Assembly (NCBI GenBank): GCA_964187785.1
Contig: OZ076409.1
Coordinates: forward strand, 30,072,001 to 30,136,000
DNA length: 64,000 nt
Source: Amphiscolops sp. MND2022
Taxonomy: Eukaryota
Direction: 5' to 3'
In this document: in pieces, positions 37,705-50,499 of the stretch
Layout of the letters: the number at the start of each line of letters is the position of its first letter
Numbering within the stretch: position 1 is the first letter of the stretch
Translations under genes and position numbers: made by a program
The notes under the pieces: model-generated
Told to the model about the DNA's origin: nothing
Database searches by the model: none
Seen by the model: only the letters and a program-made list of their open reading frames with translations

Positions 37705-40700
37705 ATGCAATCGTGCTGTTTTTTTTCTCCCGACCTTTTCATGAAAATTTCAAATTTCTCAAAAACTGTCCATACGATTTTCACGAAATTTTGCACAGTC
37801 ATTCTACACCCAAAGGGGCCCCTGCGTGTGCAAAGGCATCAAAATCGTATGGCTGGGATGTGAGAAACATAGCCAAAATTAGCCCAAAAGTGGCCAAAAA
37901 ACAGCCATTTTTCGACTTTTTTCGATTTTCTCAAAAACTGTCCATACGATTCGAACGAAATTTTCTACAGTTATTCTACACCATTTTAGAGTCCTATATG
38001 TGCAATGGCATCAAAATCGTATTGCTGGGATGTGAGAAACATAGCCAAAATTAGCCCAAAAATGGCCAAAAAACAGCCATTTTTCGACTTTTTTTCGATT
38101 TTCTCAAAAACTGTCCATACGATTCGAACGACATTTTCTACAGTCATTCTACACCATATTATGGTCCTTTATGTGCAATTTCATTAAATTCGTATGGCTG
38201 GGATGTGAGAAACATAGCCAAATTTAGCCCAAAAATGGCCAAAAAACGTCATTTTTCGATTTTTTCGATGTTCTCACAAACTGTTCATACGATTCGAACG
38301 AAAGCGAGTCAGAAGGAAAAGGACTTAAGCCGACTCCTTTACCGCATATGCGGCTCTGGTTTTTTCCGTCAGACCAAATAGCTCATACTGTGTGTACGCT
38401 AAAGGGGGCCTTTGGGGTTTTTGTGCATTATGCACTTTTACCAAAAGCACTCAGTACTTGATTTTGAACGCATCCAAAGCCTCTAACATGAAGTGCAAAA
38501 CTCAGAAGGGTCCCCCTTTCCAATTTTTTTCCAGAACTGTGATACTTTCTCCGCCTTTTTCAGCTTTCCGAAATTTTTTTAATGTCTCCAAAGGGCCCCC
38601 CTTCAATTTTTTTGATATTTTGCATAAAACTCGATTTTCAAAAAGCCCAAAGGGTCCCCCTTTTACAATTTTAAAATTGTTGCGCTTTTTGACGGAGCGC
38701 ATATCACGGAGCTTCTCGGTTTTCAGAATAAACTGGACAGGTAACGTTTATTTTTCTTCTTGACGGACTTCTCAAAATTCACTGTTTCACGATCAACAAA
38801 GGCATAAACAACGAATACGCTTGAGTTGGTGGGAGCAGATCTCATTGTTTATTTGTGGCTAATTCCGTAGCCTCATCCACCGGGACCATAGTGAAAAGGC
38901 TGATAACGTCGAAAAAATCTAACGCTTCAAGCAACTGGATCTGACTCAGCGGCTGTGTAACTAAGTTCGGCTTGTCTCAATGAAGCCAGCAGGATTTTTA
39001 GAGAGAATGTCGCACGGCTTATTTGCAAGGTTTTGATAGCTAGTGCCGGACATCGAGACAATTGGCCTTAAGGGAATTCCGTTATGTGCTAATGGCAACC
39101 CCTACGGTTTGGCACCACAGGAGCTGTTATCTTCATACCATTGTTCCGAAATCTCTCGTTTCTTCGCCAGTCTCCACAAACTTTGTTGAATCTATCCTGC
39201 TCGTATATGTATGCATTAATTTTTTTAGGAGTCGGAAAAATTTTTCGACTACTTATGCAATCGTGCTGTTTTTTTTGTTTTTTTTTCTCCCGACCTTTTC
39301 ATGAAAATTTCAAATTTCTCAAAAACTTTCCATACCATTTTCACGAAATTTTGCACAGTCATTCTACACCCAAAGGGGCCCCTGCGTGTGCAAAGGCATC
39401 AAAATCGTATGGCTGGGATGTGAGAAACATAGCCAAAATTAGCCCAAAAGTGGCCAAAAAACAGCCATTTTTCGACTTTTTTCGATTTTCTCAAAAACTG
39501 TCCATACGATTCGAACGAAATTTTCTACAGTTATTCTACACCATTTTAGAGTCCTATATGTGCAATGGCATCAAAATCGTATTGCTGGGATGTGAGAAAC
39601 ATAGCCAAAATTAGCCCAAAAATGGCCAAAAAACAGCCATTTTTCGACTTTTTTCGATTTTCTCAAAAACTGTCCATACGATTCGAACGAAATTTTTTAC
39701 AGTAATTCTACACCATATGAGCGTCCTATATGTGCAATGGCATCAAAATCGTATGGCTGGGATGTGAGAACCATAGCCAAAATTAGCCCAAAAATGGCCA
39801 AAAAACAGCCATTTTTCGACTTTTTTCGATTTTCTCAAAAACTGTCCATACGATTCGAACGACATTTTCTACAGTCATTCTACACCATATTATGGTCCTT
39901 TATGTGCAATTTCATTAAATTCGTATGGCTGGGATGTGAGAAACATAGCCAAATTTAGCCCAAAAATGGCCAAAAAACGTCATTTTTCGATTTTTTCGAT
40001 GTTCTCACAAACTGTTCATACGATTCGAACGAAAGCGAGTCAGAAGGAAAAGGACTTAAGCCGACTCCTTTACCGCATATGCGGCTCTGGTTTTTTCCGT
40101 CAGACCAAATAGCTCATACTGTGTGTACGCTAAAGGGGGCCTTTGGGGTTTTTGTGCATTATGCACTTTTACCAAAAGCACTCAGTACTTGATTTTGAAC
40201 GCATCCAAAGCCTCTAACATGAAGTGCAAAACTCAGAAGGGTCCCCCTTTCCAATTTTTTTCCAGAACTGTGATACTTTCTCCGCCTTTTTCAGCTTTCC
40301 GAAATTTTTTTAATGTCTCCAAAGGGCCCCCCTTCAATTTTTTTGATATTTTGCATAAAACTCGATTTTCAAAAAGCCCAAAGGGTCCCCCTTTTACAAT
40401 TTTAAAATTGTTGCGCTTTTTGACGGAGCGCATATCACGGAGCTTCTCGGTTTTCAGAATAAACTGGACAGGTAACGTTTATTTTTCTTCTTGACGGACT
40501 TCTCAAAATTCACTGTTTCACGATCAACAAAGGCATAAACAACGAATACGCTTGAGTTGGTGGGAGCAGATCTCATTGTTTATTTGTGGCTAATTCCGTA
40601 GCCTCATCCACCGGGACCATAGTGAAAAGGCTGATAACGTCGAAAAAATCTAACGCTTCAAGCAACTGGATCTGACTCAGCGGCTGTGTAACTAAGTTCG

Positions 40701-41825
40701 GCTTGTCTCAATGAAGCCAGCAGGATTTTTAGAGAGAATGTCGCACGGCTTATTTGCAAGGTTTTGATAGCTAGTGCCGGACATCGAGACAATTGGCCTT
40801 AAGGGAATTCCGTTATGTGCTAATGGCAACCCCTACGGTTTGGCACCACAGGAGCTGTTATCTTCATACCATTGTTCCGAAATCTCTCGTTTCTTCGCCA
40901 GTCTCCACAAACTTTGTTGAATCTATCCTGCTCGTATATGTATGCATTAATTTTTTTAGGAGTCGGAAAAATTTTTCGACTACTTATGCAATCGTGCTGT
41001 TTTTTTTTTGTTTTTTTTTCTCCCGACCTTTTCATGAAAATTTCAAATTTCTCAAAAACTTTCCATACGATTTTCACGAAATTTTGCACAGTCATTCTAC
41101 ACCCAAAGGGGCCCCTGCGTGTGCAAAGGCATCAAAATCGTATGGCCTGGATGTGAGAAACATAGCCAAAATTAGCCCAAAAGTGGCCAAAAAACAGCCA
41201 TTTTTCGACTTTTTTCGATTTTCTCAAAAACTGTCCATACGATTCGAACGAAATTTTCTACAGTTATTTTACACCATATTAGAGTCCTATATGTGCAATG
41301 GCATCAAAATCGTATGGCTGGGATGTGAGAAACATAGCCAAAACTAGCCCAAAATTGGCCAAAAAACAGCCATTTTTCGACTTTTTTCGATTTTCTCAAA
41401 AACTGTCGTTACGATTCGAATGAAATTTTCTACAGTTATTCTACACCATATTAGAGTCCTATATGTGCAGTGGCATCAAAATCGTATGGCTGGGATGTGA
41501 GAAACATAGCCAAAATTAGCCCAAAAATGGCCAAAAAACAGCCATTTTTCGATTTTTTTCGATTTTCTCAAAAACTGTCCATACGATTCGAACGAAATTT
41601 TCTACAGTCATTCTACACCATATTATGGTCCTTTATGTGCAATTTCATTAAATTCGTATGGCTGAGATGTGAGAAACATAGCCAAATTTAGCCCAAAAAT
41701 GGCCAAAAAACAGTCATTTTTTGATTTTTTCGATTTTTTCACAAACTATTCATACGATTCGAACGAAAGCGAGTCAGAAGGAAAAAGACTTAAGCCGACT
41801 CCTTTACCGCATATGCGGCTCTGGT
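37705..41825 (+). repeat. Tandem duplication with 1731-bp period: HINE1 - X - HINE1 - X - HINE1
   Basis: Identical ORFs at 38392/40123, 38502/40233 and 39062/40793. HINE-1 copies at ~37705-38359, 39226-40090 and 40957-41825. Confidence 0.92.
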
Positions 41826-42321
41826 TTCCTTACCAACCTTACTGGAATTGAGTAAGGTCACGAAGATCATCCATTTTTGCACTGAAGATTGTCATTTTCA
41901 TCAAACAAAGGCCAAGAGCTTCGTCGAATGGAACAACTCTGCCTCCAATTAGCATTTGTAGAGATTGTTTTTCCCAGAAAAGGGATAAAGAACCATTTTT
42001 TCGAGCATCAAGAATTTCATCGCTAAGAGTTCAGGCTGAAAAAAATCCCGTTGCTCAGTGGAGTTTTTGTTTCAGGTCGAATCTGACCTCTTGTTTTTGA
42101 CCGGCATATATTTCGTTTCAAAAAATGTGCTCGAGTTTTACAATGACAACGTTCATTACGTCGGATCACATTCTATGTGAAAGGTCTACTTTTTACAGAC
42201 TTTCCACCCGCCAATTGGCCTAGTGATTGAGGTGCGTGATTTGAAAACAGTAGTTCCTGGGTTCGAACTCCGCACTGCTATGATATTTGCTAATAAGACA
42301 AGACCATGTGTTCCCCTTTTT

Positions 42322-43027
42322 TAGTCGGCGCTTCATGAAGTGAAACGCGACTATTATAGTGACTTTTTTTCTATCCACACTAACTGAAAATAGTTCTTAA
42401 AAGTTCTACAAAATATTATTGCACCAAACTGCACCATTTGGCTTAGCGAACTGAACCAAAAAAGTTTTTCCTGTTTTTCCGCGTAACATACCATACCGGA
42501 CGAGACCAAAGGGTCCACCTTTCAATTTTTTTTCGGCACTGAGATTTTTTTCCCGAAAATATATATTCTCCCTTCAATTTTTTGATGTTTTGCGACAGAA
42601 TGGATGTTGAAAAACCCCAAGGGGTCTCCCTTTTCAGTTTTTCGGCATTGAGACTTTTTTTCTAATTTTTTAAAATTTTTTTCTCTTCAAAGGGTCCCCC
42701 CTTCAATTTCTTTGATATTTCACAACACATTGGGTGTTTAAAAATCCCAAAGGGTCCCTCCTTTCAGTTTTTCGGCATTGTGAGACTTTTTTTCGAAAAT
42801 TTGTTTTTCCTCCAAAGGGTCCCCTTTCAACTGCGACAAAAATGTTGACAATTTCGGAAGTGTCCCCCTTTTAGCGCGCCACGGGCCCGCGCTAGCGGGC
42901 CCTGGCTCGCCACTCGGTCCATTTTTTTGCTTTTTCGATTTTCGAGTACTACAAATTAACACTTGGAAGTCATTTTGCTATTTTTGAGCCTTGGATATGG
43001 CGCCGACTTGGACCGGCCCAGGCTTGT
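42322..43027 (+). mobile_element. HINE family 3, full-length-like copy
   Basis: 5' TAGTCGGCGC...CGCGACTA hairpin, internal AAAGGGTCCCC repeats, 3' GCGCCGACTT plus GC-rich tail and CTTGTT; T-run flanks. Confidence 0.7.
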
Positions 43028-43356
43028 TTTTCAAATCATCAAACTGTCCCGTCCTATTGTTTTTTTCAGTTGGCAAAAAACGTTCAAAATTTTGATCAAA
43101 GATTTCAATTTCTTTTAAATTAGAAAGAGCGTTTTTTGAGTCTGAAGGTTTCTAAAACAGCCTCTGAGCTGACTGCATTGTAAGACTCAATTTTTTTCAG
43201 TTTCTTCAAAACGTTAGATAATTTTCAGTTTTGTTAGATTTTTGAGAACTTCGTCGATTTTTCCGTCTTGTTAGGACTAATTCAGTCGTTATTGTGCCAT
43301 GTGTCTGAAATCGCAATAACTTTTGATAGATGAAAGCTCAACATGCAGCTGTTTAG

Positions 43357-43658
43357 ACGAGCTGAGTCAAGACGGATTCGTGCGGTATCTGATGTCAGAC
43401 GAGAACGCACCTATCCACCACGACAAGCTGGAAGTGTACCAAGACATGGATCAACCCCTTTCTCACTACTATATCAACTCGAGCCACAACACGTACCTCA
43501 CAGGGCGCCAGTTCGGGGGACGGTCCTCGGTGGAGATGTACAGACAGGTGCTGCTGGGTGGCTGCCGCTGCATTGAGCTCGACTGCTGGGACAACAAGCT
43601 AGCCAACGAGATCATCGTCACTCACGGAAAGGCCATGTGCTCAGATATCAACTTCAAG
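43357..43658 (+). CDS. PLCB4: PLC beta exon: start of catalytic X domain
   Basis: [18 protein letters not shown]...[51 protein letters not shown]...[16 protein letters not shown]. Confidence 0.97.
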
Positions 43659-44018
43659 GTATCAAAAACAGATACCGTTATTTCATTCACCTCTATAAAA
43701 AGATAAAGACTTGATTGTAACATTTCCAAAGATTTGATCATTGATAACGTCTTTCATAGAAGGTGACAGCATTTAACCCAATAGTATTTTGGTGCTGAGT
43801 GGTATGGTTGTAACTGATGTCAGTCTTAGCATTTGGTTGACATTACTAAATGAGCAACAGCTATTTATAATTCGTTACAATTTACTATGCCCAATGTTTT
43901 CTGACTAAATTATAATTTCGTCCAAGTCTTTGTTTAGAGAATCAATCCTTTCCTATGAGTTCTATGATAACTTGGGCGTTTCCTGTGAAAACGCACCGTT
44001 TGGTGCTGGCCATTTCAG

Positions 44019-44098
44019 GACGTAATCCAAGCCATCGCAGAAACAGCATTTGTGACAACCCCGTATCCGCTACTTTTGTCCTTTGAAAATCACTGCAG
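44019..44098 (+). CDS. PLCB4: PLC beta exon (X domain)
   Basis: [35 protein letters not shown] boundaries. Confidence 0.95.
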
Positions 44099-44183
44099 GT
44101 AAGCACTGAGACTATCCTGCGCTTTTTTGCTTTTATGTGTGCTTCAACTTCATGTCTACCTAGAAACTGCTTTTCAATTTCAG

Positions 44184-44268
44184 TAAGAAAAATCAATTGA
44201 AAATGGCCGAATATTGCGAACAGTACTTCGGTGATCATCTTCTAAAGCAACCTCTCAGTGATCACCCG
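44184..44268 (+). CDS. PLCB4: PLC beta exon (X domain)
   Basis: KKNQLKMAEYCEQYFGDHLLKQPLSDHP; CAG/GTAAG boundaries. Confidence 0.95.
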
Positions 44269-44379
44269 GTAAGTCGTTTTATACATCTAAGTACAAATAA
44301 GCTTCAAACTAATTTAATGCTACCTGATAGGACCAACCGTGACCAAACTTAGTTTCAAATTGCTGTCTTCTCATTTTAG

Positions 44380-44470
44380 CTGGAGCCCGGAGTACCGCTG
44401 CCGTCTCCAAATAGTCTTAAATATAAAATTCTAATCAAGAACAAACGCTTGAAGAAAGAAGCTGAAGAAA
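44380..44470 (+). CDS. PLCB4: PLC beta exon (end of X domain)
   Basis: LEPGVPLPSPNSLKYKILIKNKRLKKEAEE; TAG/GTATGT boundaries. Confidence 0.95.
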
Positions 44471-44549
44471 GTATGTACTTATTCTGCTGTTTAACCTCTT
44501 ATCGCTCAATAACTCCTTAATTTTGGTAATGCAAATTGTGTTGTTTAAG

Positions 44550-44618
44550 AGCAATTGGAAGAACTGCAGATCGGAGCTGAAATTGAGATGGATGACGCAG
44601 AGCCCGATGCTGATGACG
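44550..44618 (+). CDS. PLCB4: PLC beta exon (acidic X-Y linker)
   Basis: QLEELQIGAEIEMDDAEPDADD; phases consistent with neighbouring exons. Confidence 0.85.
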
Positions 44619-44723
44619 GTAATTTTTTTTTCAATTCTTTTTATATTGAAAATCTTTCATTTCATTTCCAAAAGCAAGCATTCACAAACTTTTCTAAACT
44701 CGCGAATATGTATTAATTTAAAG

Positions 44724-45758
44724 AGAGCAGCTCTGGAGGCGAGGATTTGGACGAAGACAGTGAGTACGCGGGCTTGCTAGACTGTGGCGACAGCAGCACC
44801 TCTGCCACGTCATCAGCTGCCGGCCTCTTGGCCTCACCCTCCTCCTCCACTTGTACAGGGGTGCTGACAGGAGGGGTAGGGTGTACAGCAGCTCCCACTG
44901 ATAAGATTGGTAGTATTAGTAGTTGTGTCATTCGCCCCACCAATCCCCACCTCTCGTCTGATGAACGGTTGATGGCCACCGCATTGGGTGTCGCAGGGGT
45001 GGAGGGTTACGGACTTCCACCAGGTGCTCGTGACAATACCCTCTCGTCCCCGGTTGTATCTTCCCACAGCAACATCTGTTCTTCTTCAATAACCCCAATC
45101 AGCAGCAGCAAAATGACAGACTATTCCTTCTCATTCACATGCTCCTCACAAGCTAACGTTAATAGTTGTAACCAAATGAACATTCCAAGTCCCACAAAAG
45201 TTATCTCCACTAAGTCAGCTCCTTTGGCAACCACTGGAAAACAGTCGTCCTCCAATCAACCTGCGACCACATTGGGAGCCAATGGTAGCCCTGATAAGTC
45301 ATCCGAATGCAAAGGTTTATCGTGGGGTCAATTCAAAAGCAAATCAGTGACCTCTAACTATGCTGGAGATCCTTCCAACCAACTGAGTTATGTTTCTGAA
45401 GCTGATGGAAAAATTACATCATTTGGAGAAGACAACCCCGGAAACGAGGTACCTGGATGGGTAGCACCGGCATCAACTCCTTCGACGTCAACATACGCTC
45501 GAGGACTGAACCGAAAAGGCAAAAACTCGACTGGCAACACGAGTAAAGGAACTTCAGTAACTACGTCAATGAGTGGTGGTGGTAGTAGCAGTAGTAGTAA
45601 AACGACCAAAGCCACTATTGTGTCTCAAACTTCAAAGGACCTGCAGGACTCCAAAAACACCAACAACTCTTCATCTGGTAGTACTTCAACTACCGCAGCC
45701 GGAGGCACAACATCTTCGAGCTGCAAAATGGCTACAATTTTCAAGCCGTCTCCGAAGC
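44724..45758 (+). CDS. PLCB4: PLC beta X-Y linker exon: short form ends at 44759 (GTGAGT); long Ser/Thr-rich form is open to ~45758 (stop at 45856)
   Basis: In frame with the preceding exon; 369-aa ORF 44747-45856; two phase-1 candidate donors. Confidence 0.65.
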
Positions 45759-46890
45759 GTAATAGTTTTTTTGTACATGGCATTCGTGTTTCGTTGTTTG
45801 TAATGGTTATGTCGATAGTGCTCGTTGAATACCAACTGTTTGCTTGTAGCTTTTAATTTTGATTGAATTTGGATGTTAAATTTTGTTTTAGATGACCAAC
45901 TTGTCCCTTGTGATTGATACACTACCTTTGCAACGCCTGATTTGTCCTCGTGCTGAAATTTTGTTTCCGAAGTTTCAGTTATTGTTGTAGATTTCAAATC
46001 AATGTGATGGTTTCTTTAGAAACGATTCAGGTGCATAATTCCTCAATTCTTAACTCTTGACTCAATTCTTTCAAATGTACCACATCTTTCTTTGAGTTTC
46101 ATTGGTGTTCGCTCAAAATATACTCAGCCCATTGCATGCAAGTTTGTAGGACTTCAAACCAAATTCCACTCTTTATCAAGTGCAATTTCCATCACTTCGT
46201 ATGCCACATTGAAAAGGCTCCAAAATAAAGCTTGAATGAGCAGCCACATTTCCAATTTTCTTCATTTCTCCTGTCTTCATTTCTGCTCATTTTTCATTTC
46301 CATTTTTTTTGCAAGGAGATGAACCTTGTTCGGCTGATAGGGCTCAGTTTTGAGGGGTATTTTATAGCAATAAAAATGTATACCTTAAATCAAAATAATT
46401 GTATTTCTATAATTGACCTTTAGTTCCCGCATGTAGTTGCATGCTCTGGAGACAGGTTGAAACTTGTATCATCTATTAAAATGGTAAATTTGTAGTTTGC
46501 GACTATATATAGTCTTTGTACCCTAATTCTAGCGAATAATCGAATGCATCGGACTTCTCACAGAATATCTGAATTACCTTGACAAAATTTTCTTTCTACA
46601 AGTCGTCATTTCATAAGAAGCCGATGGTGATGTTTTTATGCTGGTTGAAAAATGGCCTTGGAACGTGACAATTATCATACAATTCAGCAATTTGTATTGA
46701 AGATTGGGAGTCAGTGGATGACCTCACGTATCGTAATGTATGGCAGACTTATATTTTCTGTGTGGTGTAATCCGAGTTTGATTCGAGACGTGTTTTGGAG
46801 TTCTGGAAAAGCATCTCGAGAAAACCAACGCGATGAAAGTTAAACGACTCGTTAACGAACATCGTGAACGAAGTTAAACGAACATCGCGA

Positions 46891-47035
46891 ATAAATTAAG
46901 GCAATAAATTAAACAGTCACTTCAATGATAAGGTCTCGGGGAAGGTCATCGGTATAAAATTCGGAATTTTATACCGATGACCTTCCCCGAGACCTTATCA
47001 TTGAAGTGACTGAATAATTTTTTGCCTTAATTTAT
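46891..47035. repeat. Near-perfect palindrome (perfect 49-bp arms 46914-46962 and 46964-47012)
   Basis: Direct base pairing; 23-bp imperfect extensions on both sides. Confidence 0.95.
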
Positions 47036-48567
47036 TATCGGTTAAATTCAAGTTTCACGGTATTTCTACAGAATTTTCATGACGAATTCGTTAAAAACGA
47101 TGCCCTGCAGCTGATTTCGTACATTTCGTAGCCAAATTAATATTGAAAAATTAATATAAATTTCTCAAATGACTTGTGCCTCGAAGTTCGTAGGCGAGCC
47201 AAAGAATTATGAGTTTAAACTCATCCTATTCTGGAATTAAAAAGCATTTTCCGTTTTTCTATCAGTACGTTTTCTCTTCACTTCCCTCAAAATTGAGACA
47301 CTATATTACTGACTAAAAAAATTTAGTGTTTTCACGCTTGTCTGTGATATCATGCAGAGGTTGCAAGCATCAGTGCATTAGACCTTTTTCCGATGTCTCT
47401 TGCGCCTAGGGAGCCTATTTTAAAAATAATGTGCAGTCCCAGTTTCGACAGTGTGATGTTGGTGAAGTTTCCCTAAAAGTGTTCTTCGATTATTTTCACA
47501 GCCATAAGATAGCCCTCTAACTTTTTTGAAATTGCGCGTTTGTGGAGCATTTGAGGCTTAGTTCCTATGCTTATTGCCTTCGTGCTTGGAAGCCTCAAAA
47601 GGGGATTGACATAGGCCCTTTCAGACTTGTTTTTGATGAGTCCAATTTTTATCCATAATGCCTTGCTTTATTTCTACCTAGTTTTATCCTCTTGTTTTAA
47701 TCCTTGTTTTGACTGGTTGAACGAACCGTATCCCCACTTAACACCAGCCCGCACTCAGTTTTGGGCATTTTTTGTTTTTACCTTGATGTTATTTAAGTTT
47801 CGGTAGTTTATTATGCGGCTAATTTTGTGCATCAACTAAACGTTCCAATCCAAGGCTTCAACATGATAGTTGTTAATAGCAACACTTTAATTTTTTTCAT
47901 TTGTTTGATTAAGTCTAACCTTAATCAAACTATAATCAGTGTGTTCAGTGAATGTCCCCTCTAGGATAATGGTTTGATCAGTGTTCTGTTTGTAATGTTG
48001 AAATACCAGACCCTCACAAGCTATAGTATTCTATGATTTTATCTGGCTCCACGACTGTTGACCGGTTGATCACAGGTCAAAATGTTTCTAGGTCAAAATT
48101 GTCTTTAAGATGATGAACTGATACGATTCATCTTTCACCAGAAAAAAGTCATTTTTAGAAAAAGTTATTCGTTTCTCGATAATTTTTTTCCGAGTACTCA
48201 ACCGTTTCTGGTTAATTCTAGCATTTCGTTTATCGTGAATTGCGACTACTTTCTACTGCCAAAAGTCTTGCTTCCTCCAAGTCAATGCCGCCTTAGAACA
48301 TACATGGTAATTTGACCTGACACCGATTGACCTGTTAACGGCTACCAATGACTGATTGTTTGTTGATCCTCCCTGAAGAGTTTTGTCCTTGAACATATCC
48401 CTAGTAGTGGTCGAATAGCGAGTTTGTTTAGATATACTTGATTATTTGTTAAGGCATACAATATCAATTACTTGGTTTTCAGTGTTCTATATCTCTATAA
48501 TAATTGCATTGTTTGTTTGTTTGAATAGAATCGGAATCGGTCCACTGGCACATGATTTTTGTTACAG

Positions 48568-48632
48568 CCCAAGAACCGCACCCAGAAAGGAAGTCAATTT
48601 CCAATCTGTCCAAAGAGTTTCTGGAGAAGAAA
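48568..48632 (+). CDS. PLCB4: PLC beta X-Y linker exon (probable)
   Basis: TTTTTGTTACAG acceptor, phase 1, QEPHPERKSISNLSKEFLEKK, GTGAGT donor; E.HPE recalls the PLCbeta4 linker. Confidence 0.65.
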
Positions 48633-48811
48633 GTGAGTTGCTTTTCAGATACATTCAGATATATTCCCATGTCAGTAATTACTCTTCCTATATAATAAAG
48701 AGGAGTCCGAGTCTATTTGAAATCCTGAAATGCAATTGGATGATGTTTTCCGTGCAATGTACAAATGCTAATAAGTTTTGAGTACTGAAAATTTCAAATT
48801 TCCCTGTGCAC

Positions 48812-49247
48812 CAGTGAATTAGCTCGCTTGTTGCGAAAGCGCAAAAAAAACGAAAGCGACGTAATGTCCGGATAAGCGCCGACAGCGAAAGCGACGACTG
48901 AAATTTGCGCTTATCTAATTGGTCAGAAATTATAGCTATTTTGGTTACAAAAAATGCCCAACTCTAACAGTGGCAAGTTTTTTTGTACTGAGAATTTCAC
49001 CCGACACTGGTACAATAGAAAAATTTGTCTCTGGTGGTGGTAGTTTGTTGAGATAAGGAAGTAACCGATCGAAATTTTCAAAAGTTCGTAATGTTTTTTC
49101 AAAAAATTGCAGCTTTTGAGAACCAAAATTCGCTGAGCCAGCGTTTTCTTCCAAAAAGCGCCGCTTAAGCGTAAGCGTGCCAGTCATAACTTATTTTTGA
49201 AGCGCAACAAGCGATAAGCGCGTTTTTTGGGAAAACCTAATTCACTG
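48812..49247. mobile_element. hAT MITE (436 bp)
   Basis: TIR CAGTGAATTAG/CTAATTCACTG; perfect 8-bp TSD CTGTGCAC; AGCG-rich subterminal repeats. Confidence 0.9.
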
Positions 49248-49519
49248 CTGTGCACATGTAGATGAAACAAGTGTGAGAATTTTATGGAGGGCACGTCAAA
49301 TAGCAAGAATTCCAACTTCTAACTTGTCAGTAAAGCTTTAGAAGCGTGGCATGTTGCTGCAAGTGTCAGCCTGTTGAAACGAATGCAGCACATTGTGTGA
49401 AAATGGTTTCAATTTCTTCAAAACTCGGAAAGCAATCTCGTGACGAATGCAATGCATGTTTTAGTTTGGTTTCGAATGCAAGGCTTAATAATGTGGCAAA
49501 ATATTCTTGAGTTATCTTC

Positions 49520-50207
49520 AACAAGCCGGGAACGGCATAAGTCGGCGCCGTATCTAAGGCTCAAAAATAGCAAAAGGACTTCAAAGTGTCGAGTCTTTTT
49601 TTTTACAGTACCCGAAAAACCAAAAAGTTGGACCGAATTGGCGCGCTCAAAGGGGACCCTTTGGGATTTTTCAACATTTCTGTCGCAAAACATCAACAGA
49701 ATTGAAGGGAGGACCCTTTGAAGTCATTAAAATTTTTTCGAGAAGTCTCACAATGCCGAAAAAAACTGAAAGGGGGACCCTTTGGGATTCTTCAACATTT
49801 CCGTCGCCAAACATCAAAATAATTGAATGGGGGAACCTTTGAAGTCATTTAAAATTTTAAAATTTATCGAAAAAACCTCTCAATGCCGAAAAAACTGGAA
49901 GGGTGGGCCCTTCGGGATTTTTCAATTCTGTCGCAAAACAGCAAGAAAATTGAAGGGGGAACCTTCGGTAAAAAAGATCAAAAGTCCCACTATGTCGAAA
50001 AAACTGGAAGGGTGGACTCTTTAGTCTCGCCCGGTATTGTATGTCACGCGAAAAAAAGGAAAACTTTTTTGGTTCAGTTCGCTAGGCCAAATGGTTCAAT
50101 TTGACCATGAAATTTCGTAGAACTTTTAAGAGCTGTTTTGGTCAGTTCATGTGGGTTGAAAAAAAACACTAGTATAGTCGCGTTTCAATTCCTGAATCGC
50201 CGATTAA
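49520..50207 (-). mobile_element. HINE family 3 copy
   Basis: AACAAGCCGGGAACGGCATAAGTCGGCGCC at the left end, CGCCGATTAAAAA at the right end, GGGGACCCTTT repeats inside. Confidence 0.7.
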
Positions 50208-50499
50208 AAATGACATTTTCGTTAGTGACAACAAGTAAAGTTATATCTAGGAGGAAGTTTCCATGAGTTTTGAGAGGTCTGCTGCAACCCTTCTCATTTA
50301 ATTATTATTTCTGCGATAGCAATAATATTGAATTTGTTTGGTTCTAAAACGCTGTTTTATGTTTGAGAGTTAAGAATCATCTCGATCTCAATCTCTATGT
50401 TAACATCAAAAGCGTTCTAAAATGGGTACAAATCTAAGCAACACAAATAGACAGCAATTAGAGTTTTTTTGGTCAATAGCACCAAGTGTCTGTCTGTTC

